64,000 bases of DNA. It comes from Antedon mediterranea. Lineage: Eukaryota; Animalia; Echinodermata. The position numbers and the translations under genes were made by a program. The DNA lies in NCBI RefSeq assembly GCF_964355755.1, contig NC_092671.1:26176070-26240069 (forward strand), written 5' to 3'. Below, in pieces: positions 12,201 through 23,279 of this stretch. Under the pieces are notes generated by a model, which was given only the letters and a program-made list of their open reading frames with translations, was not told the origin of the DNA and made no database searches. Position 1 is the stretch's first letter, and each line of letters opens with the position of its first letter.

Positions 12201-13431
12201 AACGGAAAGGTATTCCGTGAGAACTGAATATTGTTATGCGAGAGAACGAAATGATATTCCCAGGGAAAAGAACGGAATATTATTCCTATTCCATGAGAAC
12301 GGATAGTGTTACGAGAGAGCAAAGTATTATTCCGAAAGAACGGAAAGGTATTCCGTGAAAACTGAATATTGTTTTACGAGAGAACGAAATGATATTCCCG
12401 AGAAAAAGAACGTTATGTTATTCCAAAAGACTGGAATGGTATTCCGTGAGAACAGAATAGTGTTAAGAGAGAACGGAATGATATTCCGAAATGTTATTCT
12501 GTTAGAACAGAATCGAGTTACTAGAGAACGAAGAGATAATCCGAACGAACAGAATAGTTTTCCGAGAGAACGAAGTGATATTTCGAAAGAATTGAATGGT
12601 ATTCTGTGAGAACAGAAACAATGTTACTAAAGAAAGGAGTGATATTACGAAAGAACGGAATGGAATTGGTAGTCCATGAGAACAGAATAGTGTTACAAGA
12701 GAGCAAAGTATTATTCCGAACGAACGGAAAGGTATTCCGTAAGAACTGAATATTGTTATACGAGAGAACGAAATGATATTTCCAAAAAAAAAAAGAATGG
12801 AATATTATTCCTATTCCATGAGAACGGATAGTGTTACGAGAGTGCGAAGTGATATTCCGAAAGAACGGAATAGTATTCCGTGAAAAATGAATATTGTTTT
12901 ACAAGAGAACGAAATGATATTCCCGAGAAAAGGAACGGAATGGTATTCCGTGAGAACAGAATAATGTTACGAGAGGACGAATTGAAATTCCAACAGAACC
13001 GAATGGCATTCGTGAGAACAGAATAGTGCACCGAGAGAACGAAAAGAAACTCCGAAAGAACGGAAGGGTTTTCTGTGAGAACAGAATAATTATTATAGTG
13101 TTCCGAGAGAACCAACCAAATTAATTCCAAAAGAACTGAATGATATTTCTAGGGAACGGAAGATATTTGGATCAATTAATATTGAAAACATAATGTTTCT
13201 ATTGACAAATACAATGATACGGAATAATGATAGATGAAATCTATATTTTAGATGAAAATGTCTTCATAGAGATATAAAAGAAACGTTTGAGCTTCAATAA
13301 AAAGATGACGTGTATTCTTAAATATAGCTTTAGCTTAAATATTGAACTTATTACTTGCCTTTCATAAACGGTTTGGCGAATACCATTGACATAAATGTCG
13401 CCGTAATCAGGATTACCTTGAAACAAATCAT
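227..13431 (-). CDS. Microexon gene encoding a predicted 331-aa secreted Ala/Ser/Thr-rich acidic tandem-repeat protein (34 coding exons)
   Basis: Exons in transcription order: 13431-13359, 10308-10273, 9849-9811, 9675-9649, 8969-8943, 8731-8720, 8435-8397, 8261-8235, 8100-8074, 7871-7860, 6811-6773, 6637-6611, 6477-6451, 6248-6237, 5948-5910, 5774-5748, 5613-5587, 5384-5373, 4324-4286, 4150-4124, 3444-3418, 3206-3195, 2910-2872, 2736-2710, 2576-2550, 2338-2327, 2042-2004, 1868-1842, 1680-1654, 1451-1440, 1175-1137, 1001-975, 841-812, 282-227. Every internal exon has a T-rich tract+AG acceptor and a G|GTA donor, a length divisible by 3, and phase 1. Total 996 nt, no internal stop: MICFKVILITATFMSMVFAKPFMK-AAEYNTEARYKL-[EVNFQDESDTVTA AAGSSTAAA AAVSTTAAA GDGK]x7 (minor variants)-EVNFQDESDTVTA AAGSSTAAA AAASTTAAAG-GSDELLLEALEMDGEFEY*. 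Confidence 0.85.
3548..4089. mobile_element. Kolobok-type MITE (542 bp), intronic
   Basis: 13-bp TIR AGATGTATTGTCC...GGACAATACATCT; TTAA duplicated on both sides; sibling units show the empty site CATTTGCTTAATTACAAATC. TTAA TSD with RR..YY termini is the Kolobok signature. Confidence 0.85.
4375..5140 (+). mobile_element. Helentron-associated non-autonomous element (HINE/DINE-1-like), long composite form, intronic
   Basis: Inserted in a T run without clear TSD; 5' AGTCGCGTGGACGCGACT hairpin, (GTCG/GTCT)n microsatellite, 3' sub-terminal inverted repeat CACGCGACT and small terminal stem GGCTGTTGGCC; empty site in sibling units. Confidence 0.8.
6862..7625 (+). mobile_element. HINE-like element, second copy at the equivalent intronic site
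   Basis: Near-identical to 4375-5140 with the same flanks. Confidence 0.8.
9071..9614. mobile_element. Kolobok-type MITE, second copy at the equivalent intronic site
   Basis: Near-identical to 3548-4089, with the same TIRs and TTAA TSD. Confidence 0.85.
10273..10308 (-). CDS. 36-nt phase-1 exon (AAEYNTEARYKL) of the microexon gene
   Basis: TTTATTTTTTAG|CTGCTG...AACTCG|GTATGT; links the signal exon in frame to the first 39-nt exon. Confidence 0.75.
11104..11178 (-). mobile_element. Degenerate short HINE-like fragment
   Basis: AGTCGCGTGC and (CCGA)n tract, reverse complement of the family seen at 18969-19076. Confidence 0.55.
11690..13160. repeat. Degenerate ~20-22-bp minisatellite (GAGAACAGAATAGTGTTCC / AAGAACGGAATGGTATTCC) with higher-order duplication, inside the GC-AG intron
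   Basis: Recurrent motif; blocks ~11780-12200 and ~12435-12860 repeat at about 658-bp offset (the paired spurious ORFs 11863 and 12521). Confidence 0.9.
13359..13431 (-). CDS. First coding exon of the microexon gene: signal peptide MICFKVILITATFMSMVFA|KPFMK
   Basis: Acceptor TTTTTTTTTTATAG (AG at 13438-13437), then AAACC ATG, a hydrophobic core and a VFA cleavage motif; ends AAAG|GCAAGT (GC donor, phase 1). Confidence 0.8.
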
Positions 13432-14032
13432 GGTTTCTATAAAAAAAAAATATATATATATATATGTAACACACCTTGGTATATTCTTGTCATTTTATTG
13501 GAGGGTTGTGGGTCATATGATATTATATAAATGCACTATTTTCCTTTTTTTAAATTTTTACTAGTTCTGTACTTTTCTGTTATTTTTTCTTTTATTTTTA
13601 TCAAACACATTTCCAACGGTATTAATTTTCTTTTATGAATATTGGACAATACAAGTTTTTGAATTTTTAATAGAGTTTATTCAATGTATTATGGTTCAAT
13701 TTAACTATTTATCTTTTTTTTTCTTAATATAAGTTAAATATAACATCTGCTTATCTTTCCTATTCAATGTTTAATTTAATTGTTGATATATAATATATGT
13801 TGGTGGACAATACATTACACTAATTGATGTTATATTTGCTTATAGAAACATTTGATTTAATACTCTTGATTTTAGATGAAAATGTGTATGTTTTTAGCTA
13901 TAATTGTACTGTATGATAAATACCATCTTTTACCGTAAGTATATCGTGAAAATGCTTACTGAAATTAGAATATGCAAAAAAAAAAAAAGAAGAAAAATTT
14001 TCAAAAAGTATAATTAAAATTAGGTTACTTAC

Positions 14033-14102
14033 CACTCTAGTAATAATTGCTAGCCGTCTACTTTGAAATCCGGTTGAGTGTGATTGAAAAACATAATTTA
14101 TA
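14033..14102 (-). promoter_or_regulatory. Candidate TATA box and short non-coding first exon of the microexon gene
   Basis: TATAAA (minus) at 14102-14097 and a strong donor GTG|GTAAGT at 14033/14032. The ATG exon has an acceptor, so an upstream exon is expected. Confidence 0.45.
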
Positions 14103-14631
14103 AAGATAAATCATCAAATCGGATCACGATCTATTGATCACAATTCTGGGACAAATTATTTTGACCTGGGGAAACAAATTTGTTTTCACTATAAAATCAC
14201 TTATTTCTCACTAGAAATATTTAATAATAGTTATACTAGGCTATATTTATAGAGAAATAATGATTATTAACATACATCAATTTTGACAAATATACATTTT
14301 TGTAAAATGTTTCAAAGTATATATAAGACATAAACCATACAGCAAAAAAATGGTATATTCGTATTGTTGATCTATCGATTATGTTAGCGTTACGTATATC
14401 AACTTATCAATATCATGGATCAAACGTGTATTTGATACTTTAAACTCGATCGATCCCTATTACGCAATTTCCTAAATATTCCATAATTAAATATTGTAAA
14501 GAAGACAATGCACCTGTCTATTTACACGCCTACAACAACGGAGAGACAAATACCGAAAGTTATAGTCAGGAGACGAGAAACTGCAGATTCAAAGAATTTA
14601 TTTTTTGTATACAACGTATCGTACGAGTATC

Positions 14632-15663
14632 GGGTGCATCAATATGCGTTAACAGTATGTCCAGGGACGGGTGCAGCAATACGCCTTAACGGTATGTCCA
14701 GGGACGGGTGCAGCAATACGCCTTAACAGTATGTCCAGGGACGGGTGCAGCAATACGCCTTAACAGTATGTCCAGGGACGGGTGTAGTATACGCTTCAAC
14801 AGAATGTCCACGGACGGATGCAGCAATACGCTTTAACATTATATCCAGGGACGGGTTCAGAAATACGCTTTAACAGTATGTCCAGCAGGGATGGGTGCAG
14901 CAATACGCTTTAACATTATGTCCAGGGACGGGTGCAGCAATACGCTTTAACAGTATGTCCAGAGACGGGTGCAGCAATACGCTTCAACAGTATGTCCAGG
15001 GGATGGGTGCAGCAATACGCCTTAACAGTATGTCCAGGGACGGGTGTAGTATACGCTTCAACAATATGTCCAGGGATGGATGCAGCAATACGCTTTAACA
15101 GTATGTCAAGGGATGGATGCAGCAATACGCTTTAACAGTATGTCCAGGGATGGGTGCAGCAACACGCTTTAACAGTATGTCCAGCAGGGACGGGTGTAGT
15201 ATACGCTTCAACAGTATTTCCAGGGATGGATGCAGCAATACGCTTTAACATTATGTCCAGGGACGGGTGCAGCAATACGCTTTAACAGTATGTCCAGCAG
15301 GGACGGATGTAGTATACGCTTCAACAATATGTCCAGGGACGGGTGCAGCAATACGCTTTAACATTATGTCCAGGGACGGGTGCAGCAATACGCTTTAACA
15401 TTATGTCCAGGGACGGGTGCAGCAATACGCTTTAACAGTATGTTTAGGGACGGGTGCAGCAATACGCTTTAACAGTATGTCCAGCAGGGACGGGTGTAGT
15501 ATACGCTTGAACGGGTGCAGCAATACGCTTCAACAGTATGTTCAGGAGGAACGGGTGCAGCAATACGTGTCAACAGTATGTCCAGCAGGGATGGGTGCAG
15601 CAATACGCTTCAACAGTATGTCCAGGGTCGGGTGCAGCCATACGCTTTAACAGTATGTCCAGG
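14632..15663. repeat. 37-bp GC-rich minisatellite (TAACAGTATGTCCAGGGACGGGTGCAGCAATACGCYT), roughly 27 copies
   Basis: Direct tandem periodicity with 36- and 40-bp variants. Confidence 0.95.
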
Positions 15664-15799
15664 AACCAATTTCCTATTACATCAAAACAATATGTATTAT
15701 AACTAGATGATAACTACTAAGTGAGATAATAAATGAATAGAAAATTGCAAAATGTAAAACAGCCAGACAAATTTGCATTTTATATGATGTTTGTGATAT

Positions 15800-16018
15800 G
15801 ATATACTGAAATTTAATTAATTAATTTGAAACGATAAAGATGAGGAAATCTGTGAGAATGAGAAAATGTCACCCCAACCGAGACTCGAACTCGGACCGCC
15901 TGCTTGATATGCAGATGTCCTAACCATTAGACCACTGGGGCTTTCATGGTATTGTTCAAACTCGATTGGATAGCGCCTCTCTAACATTCTCGGCGTGGTA
16001 CGGCGGAACATCACTAGT
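15800..16018 (-). mobile_element. Dispersed repeat with an internal tRNA-like module (tRNA-like part 15941-15870)
   Basis: Same family as 40973-41295, 42700-42960 and 56032-56310; A box TGGTCTAATGG, B box GAGTTCGAGTC. Confidence 0.75.
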
Positions 16019-16058
16019 AAAATTTAAGTTTCAATATTAATCACCATTTAAGCTGTTT

Positions 16059-16824
16059 TTAGTCGCGTGGACGCGACTCTATAGTTCACTATGTCGGTCG
16101 GTCGGTCGGTCTGTCGGTCTGTCGGTCTGTCGGTCTGTCTGTCGGTCCGGTATCACTATGCGTTTTATCGCTTTTCTGTACTTTTTGATGTCAACATGTG
16201 GGCATTTACGTGAAATTGTGCACCTCCTATTGTGAATGACGTTAGAGTTGCGCAACGTGATTTACGCGCGATTTAACGATTTTCTCGTATTTAACAAAAA
16301 CCAAATAACATTTTAAATTGAAACTTTGCAAAAGTTTAATTTATATCAGGCGCTAACTTTCTGTTGAAAAAAAAATTTGTTTTACACAAAGTTACGCGCG
16401 CACGTGCATTTAAAATTTTAAAATGCGCAAAATTAATTTTTAATCAACTTTCTACGCGTTTCTTGTCATTTTGAGCATGTCAAAACTTCCCATATGCGCG
16501 CAAATTTTTACGCGCGCGGTGCGCACGTAGCGTTAAATACATACTTTTTTCGCGTGATTTATGTTTTTGCAGCCTTTTCTAATAATTTTACTAACTTTTA
16601 AACAATTTCGACTTAAAATTACGTCATACGAGCACGTCGAATTGGATAATTGGCGCACGTTTTTGATGAAAAAGTTCAAAAATTCGTCAAAATTATGCCT
16701 TTTTATAGACTCTATAGTTCACTATGTCGGTCGGTCTGTCTGTCGGTCTGTCGGTCTGTCGGTCTGTCTGTCGGTCCGGTATCACTATGCATTGTAGCAC
16801 GCGACTTAATGGCTGTTAGCCTTG
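16059..16824 (+). mobile_element. HINE-like element, third long copy
   Basis: Homologous to 4375-5140; the internal second hairpin is deleted near 16705. Confidence 0.8.
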
Positions 16825-16984
16825 TTTATTTTCATTCTAAAATTGTTTATATCTCTACCAAGCTACCTTCTTTGTTTTCTACTCTTATTCAGTCTCCACT
16901 GAATAAGAGATATAAACAATTTTGGAATGAAAATAAAAAAACAGCTTAACTTAAATTGAAATTTTGGTAGTCAATGCAATAATT

Positions 16985-17560
16985 TTACCGATCTGGGAGT
17001 ATGTTCCTAATGTTAAGTCCAAAAGGTTTTGTGGTTTTAAGTTGTAATTCCAAGTGGTTTTCTTTGTCTTTGCGAGTTTTGTCGCTCCATTTGACATCGT
17101 GGTCTATTGCAATAACTCTGAAATTTGCAATCGAGTGACCAGCTGAATTAAAATGTTCGGCTACAGGTTGATCAAGCTTTAATGTTTTGATAGATGATCT
17201 GTGTTGTGTCATTTTCATACGGAGAGTATTTTTTTGTTTCCCCGACGTACTGTTTGCCACATATATTACAGTATATGAGATAAATGACGTTTTTGGTTAG
17301 ACAATTAATTGATTATCTTATCTGAAAAATGCGGCCAGTTTGGTTACTCTTAAATGTTTCAGTAGAATCAACCAATGAAAAGGATTTGCTGCAAAGGTGA
17401 CTACTCAAATTGTGGCTGTCATGAGAGTTAATTTCACTCTTAAGTTTGGATCTGACTAATCTATCACGAAGGTTGGGAGGTCTACGAAATCCAATATTGT
17501 GTGGTTCCGGAAAAACAGTCCTGAGACGTTCTGTGGACTGTATATATATGCACATGTTTC
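16985..17560 (-). mobile_element. Penelope-like retroelement 3' fragment (GIY-YIG endonuclease pseudogene)
   Basis: Frameshifted FRRPPNLRDRLVRSKL ... NVIYLIYCNICGKQYVG ... PVAEHFNSAGHS ... LKTTKPFGLN, typical of the PLE linker and GIY-YIG domain. Confidence 0.88.
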
Positions 17561-18077
17561 TTGCATGTGAGATTTAAAATGATAAATTTAACATGATGGA
17601 AATAAAAGTGGGATGAACCCACAACAAACAAAACAAATACACTATTGTCAATAAGCCAATAAGATGCTATAAAACATAGGCCTAAATAAACTTTCTTAAA
17701 AGATAAGCTAATTAAGATAATAATTTATGTTGGTATATAGGTATACATACTTGAAATTTGAATTGTTGACACATCACAGTAAAATAAAATATACAGACAT
17801 AAATAAGAAGAACAAATTAAGAATACAATTTTTAAAATTCAATTTGTTTTAAAAGTTAATCACTTCCATAGGAAACAAACGAAAACAAAATAGACAAAAG
17901 AAAAAGACAAAATCAACGATTTAATTTAACCAAAAACCATTAGCTAGCAGCCAATTTAAATAATGTTTTGTTATAATTTACAGTTTATAGGTAAATGTTG
18001 TTTTTTTCTCAATCTTATCCTTGGTCAAAGTGAATACCTATTACTTGACTATAAAATTGCATAATTATTCAGCAATT

Positions 18078-18152
18078 TTTATTCGCGTTCAAACGCGACT
18101 CTGTAGCTCACTATGTCGATTGGTTGGTCGGTCGGTCTATTGGTCGGTCGGT
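18078..18152 (+). mobile_element. Degenerate HINE 5' fragment
   Basis: TTTTTATTCGCGTTCAAACGCGACTCTGTAGCTCACTATGTCG followed by (GGTC)n. Confidence 0.55.
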
Positions 18153-18968
18153 AGGGGCAATAAGGTGCAGTCGATTTTCGAAATAAATGATGTATGTAAA
18201 GTGTAAATGTATAAAAGTATTGGTATCCATATTTCAAAAGCAATTGATATCCATCGCCATCTATATTATACGAAAGACTTTGTACATCTGTTTGTTAATT
18301 TTGAGATACTTTTTCAATTCCATGTAAGTGTTATATTTATTATCAACTTATGTATGTGCAGGTGAGTTTCCATAGTTTATGTAGTATAAGTGTATGTCTA
18401 TTTTATGTTACTGGATTTTAAGATACATTTGTAAATCGAGGATTAAACGCATTAGTTCCTGCCATAGGCACCTCAGCGATACGTTTTATTATTTCACATT
18501 ATATACTACTGACAGTGAGTTCTTAAGTCTTGTTCACACTGGACTTGAAAAATAGAAAACATTTTACAACCAATGTAATTTAAGCTTTGTTCGCAGTAGA
18601 TTTGAAAAATGGTAAATTCAACCACGGTAGCTTTACCCAATGTCATCATAAGAAGCTTTACCCAATGTCATCATCAGAAGCTTTGACAAAAATTTTTAAA
18701 AATATGTTATTAATCCATAGCCTACTTGTATTTATTCGCATCAGGTATACGTCATAAATAGTTTATTTGATGCGCCCTCTAGACGAAGCATTTCAGCATA
18801 CAAAAATGGTTTGAATTTTGTTTGCTACTTTCCATGTTCTATGTGGCATTCACACATTGCATAAGCTCTAGAAAACTAGACAACTTTTATGTAACATGAA
18901 TCCTCTATTCTTCTATAGCTTCTCAATTTTGAATCTGAACATTTCGGACATTTTGTATGCCTACGTTT

Positions 18969-19076
18969 TTAGTCGGGTGTAGTGCAATTCTACAGCTCAT
19001 TATGTCGGTCGGTTGGTCTGTCGGTAAACACTAACTCAAATTTTAGCACGCGACTGCAGCCATGTATATGACCTTG
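18969..19076 (+). mobile_element. Degenerate short HINE-like element
   Basis: TTTTTAGTCGGGTG...(GTCG)n...TAGCACGCGACT...CCTTG. Confidence 0.6.
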
Positions 19077-20003
19077 TTTTCAGAAATCCAGTCCAATCGG
19101 CCATTGTCTATACTAACGCAAATATATTATTTGTCGAGTTATCGTACATAATAAGTGTAGTAGGCCTATATTAATATTTTTTCATTTTTGTAATAATTAT
19201 TTCATTTTCGTTAATTATTTACTTATTAGAGGCATATGTATGTTCTATTTAATGGTTAAAATGGGACAAGCATGCTTTATTTCTAATCTTGATCCTAATA
19301 ATTGTATTTTTTTTTAAATAGTGCTTGCTTTATTCTTCTTCTTTTTTTTAAATTTTTTACTGTTATCATGTTATTATACGATATTTGTTTGATGGACTTT
19401 GACTTGATTTAACTTACCATTGGTTGTGGCAGTGAAGCCCGTAACCTTTCATTTCTCTTACCCTGTTGACTTGATCAATCAAATACCGTAACATTTATTT
19501 ACTTTATTCATTAAACTTCATTTGATATCTGTAGTAATAATAAGAATAATAATAACACTAATAATAATAACAATAATACTAACACTAATATTGATAATAA
19601 TAATAATAATGTCTAGGGTAACTTTTGTTTAGATATTTTGTACTTTTTAATCTTCACGTTGTTTTTAATGTTGTAATTTTGTATTTTGTTGTTGGATGAT
19701 TATGTTTTGCTTTGGAGACCCACTTGATAGTTTGATTTAGTTCGCTTTTGGGAATCCTGTCTCTCTCTATTGTTTGTTATTTTTTTTGTTATAACTATGC
19801 GAGACGAAATAAATGAAATGAAATGAAATACACTTTCTTACAGAACAAAACAAAGAAAGCATAAAACAACAATAGTAAACATATAATAATCCAATGATAT
19901 AATTACTTTAATAGATTGTATTGAACATTTTTTAGCTTATTATGGTTATTCCATTTCTCCGATCATTTTGTTCAACTTTCAACTTGGATTAGGAGACACT
20001 TTT

Positions 20004-20471
20004 GATAATGACAATAACAATGACAATGACAATGATTCTTTATTTCTTTAACGACCCTTTTCAGTGTATGAAAGAACATTCTTTCAATCTTGAACAGAAA
20101 CAAACTAAACACTTAGCTAAGTTTGATAGTTTTTTTTTTGATCTGGTATTAAGTAATTGGTACATTTGGGTTCTATTTGGGCGGGTGATATAACACTTTT
20201 GAATGTATATTTGGCGCATGGGAGCAAGTAAGGGGCAAATAAATAAATAGTGGTATTCGTCTCCAGTATCGTTTTGGTTACATAAAGTACATTTGGTTTC
20301 GTGTTCATTAGGCCTACTGTATCTTTTAGAGATTGAAAGTTGATGATTCCCACATCTGAACCTGCAGAGATCAATCCTTTCATTATATTTTAGTAAAATT
20401 AATGACTGTTCGAATACTAAAACATCCTTTTGATTTTGATACAGTGGCAGACATCGACATGGTGCATCCAA
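20004..20471 (-). mobile_element. 5'-truncated non-LTR retrotransposon (ORF2 C-terminus with CCHC-type motif)
   Basis: LCRFRCGNHQL...CTLCNQNDTGDEYHYLFICP; followed on the minus strand by AATAAA and a (CATTGT)n tail. Confidence 0.85.
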
Positions 20472-20584
20472 AATTACTAGAAATAAAATACAACATTATA
20501 TATTGGTTACTATTAGTTAACATTAAGTAAAATTATAATATTATATAAAACAAACAATTTAAACTTATCTTTAGTTAGTTGGTA

Positions 20585-20824
20585 TAGATAATGTTGATAC
20601 AATTTGGGATCTACAGTAGGCCTAGTTGCTTATGTTTGAGTTAATAGATAATGTTGATACAATTTGGGATCTACAGTAGGCCTAGTTGCTTATGCTTGAG
20701 TTGATAGATAATGTTGATACAATTTGGGATCTACAGTAGGCCTAGTTGCTTATGCTTGAGTTAATAGATAATGTTGATACAATTTGGGATCTACAGTAGG
20801 CCTAGTTGCTTATGCTTGAGTTAA
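20585..20824. repeat. 60-bp tandem repeat x4
   Basis: TAGATAATGTTGATACAATTTGGGATCTACAGTAGGCCTAGTTGCTTATGCTTGAGTTAA in four aligned lines. Confidence 0.97.
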
Positions 20825-23279
20825 ATATTGTTTACAACAACAAAATTAAAATGTGTCCATTACATTTGCTATGCATTTTTAGGCATTTATATATTAATTG
20901 TATTTTTTGTGTAATAATTAATATAATAAATTATGTCTATGTTGACATTGACAAAACTGTAAAGAGGGATGAGTTTCCTATACCAATTCTAAATGTATGA
21001 TTATGCTTCCAAAATATTTGATTTACATAAATATTATATTTTAGTGGCAAAATGATGTGTGTACAGTGTATTAATTACTAACTCATAGATTATAATGCAA
21101 CGTAACTATTTCACATTTTATTTTGATACCAAAGAATCATCTTCCATATGTAGGCGATGTAGGTTATTTCACCATGGGAAATTAAACAATCGATCTTTTT
21201 GGTAGTCTATGCGTAAAATCCGCTGAACAATGTTGACATAATACAGCAAAATATTCACATTGTTCAAGCGAGCGATTATCACAAGCGATTAGGTACAAAA
21301 GTGCGAATTCGCCACTTTATCTTTATCGATCGAGACGGCCTTTTATAATGGGTGTGTTTCTCCGTTTAGTTTATCTTGTTTGTCGGATTATTCTTAAGCC
21401 GGATAGAACGCCATTGTCTGATATTGATGGAATCGACTAAGCGTTGAATAGATTTATATTTTTCCGAAGGACGCCTATCAACCACAAACAAAAAAAAATA
21501 ACGTGGAAAATTATGGAGGCCATGACGTATATTGGGGTAAAAAATATGAATGATAAATATTTAAATTTCAAGACATTCTAAAAGGAAGACGACGAAGCAT
21601 TGGTTTTTCTCGAAAGATTCAGTGATATTGGAAAGTTATTTCGTACAATTTAGCAGTATTAGTAGAAACAAACTTAAGCTCCCAATGTCTATTTTCACCG
21701 TCATATGATACTTCATGATGTGATTACTTGATAATCTAGTGATTTGAAATGTTGATATGCCAGTGTTAAATTACAGGTCTGCAACATTAACATGTCTGAT
21801 ACACTATTCAATTTGTATTCATACAAATGTTAGTAATTAATTGAACCATACAAGACGTCATTAGGCAATACTTAATAATATCCGTAATATAATAATATAA
21901 AACAAACTCCGAATAAGTGAGGCAAGCCATTAGGATTCAATGTTTCAAACTTTATATGTTCAGCTTTCGAATAAAGTTCAAATATAGGCTATGGGGCATG
22001 GCCTTCTATCGTTTCATTTCGTGATCCCCTATCGGGGGGGAGAATAAAATTGCTATGACAATTATAACAAAAATATAGATAACCTTAAACTGGCCGGTCC
22101 CGCTTGTAAATTTTACGCGTCAACGAAATATGTTTGTTTTTATATGTATTTTATTGCGATATAGAAGATTTTTGTAGGTCAGTACAGGTCGCACAATTGA
22201 CCAATCAAAAAATTTGTCTTTTAACTCATGGAGCTGTGCAACAGTAACTGTCCAATCAGATTCCCTTACACAGCGGGATACGGCTACTAGACGATCGTAA
22301 ACAAACATGTGTTGTTCTTCTGGAGCGCGGAGCAGGAAGATGTCATCTTCTGATGATCAAAAACGTTGTTATTGACACAATACATCTAATTCTGGGACAA
22401 TATTAACATTCACAGAAACCAAATGGAAAACTTTTTTAATGTGTACAAAAAGTTGGTGCAATCTAAGCGGCAATCAAAAGGAGTTTTGTAGCCGCAGAGG
22501 AGCTTACCAATACTTGTTACCAATTCCTGGCGACGCTGGATGTCATAAAAAGATGCTATCAATATTTCACTGATTGTAGCAAACAAAGGCGAGCAGTAAA
22601 ATATGAAATAGAGGATGTTAATTCATCCAACAATGAAGAAGGTAAATTCTATTTGTTTTAATGATAGGTCTAGCCTAGGCTAGGCCCCTACTAAGTAGAC
22701 CTACTAGGCCTAGTAATTAGTTCATATCATACTGCCTTGCTAAAAAAAGCCTAGCTAGGTAGGTTGGCGGTGGGTAGTCTACAAAGTTTATTTTTTTAAT
22801 ATGTATTAAGCCTACGTAGAGTAGGCTAGGCCTAGTATATAATTTTTTTTAAATATCTGGGCCAACAAAAAATGAACCCATAATTACAATATGAATTAGG
22901 CCTAGCTAGGGTGGCCCCCAGTATTATTGTGTAGTGGACCTAGTTTGATGGTACCCCCATCTTGGGAAAAAACATTTGCATTTTATTATTCAATGTGGTA
23001 ATGCATGCAAACCTTGGCAAGTAGCCTCAGGCAAGGACAGAATGGACCAACCTGATACTTTGTGTTGTTATTTGAGACATATTATTTGAATTCTTGTACT
23101 GCAATATTAAATAGTGTATAGATGATACTGAACTGATTATATTATTATATTTATTACACAAACATTTAGAATCATAAATATTATTAGTATTCTTTTTTTT
23201 TACAGAAGAATTTCAAGGATTAGAGTCAACAGAAGAGTTACTAAACGAAGGAGAGTTCTGCGATCACATGTAGCAATTA

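Noticed and set aside
11863-13130. ORFs in the degenerate minisatellite
   Set aside because: Low-complexity translations of repeat DNA within an intron.
14632-15663. CRISPR-like array (37-bp repeat) or the coding ORFs overlapping it
   Set aside because: The repeats are contiguous with no unique spacers and no cas genes, in a eukaryotic context; the ORFs are by-products of the minisatellite.
15817-16014. 65-aa ORF repeated at 42700-42897
   Set aside because: A translation of the tRNA-containing repeat, not a protein gene.
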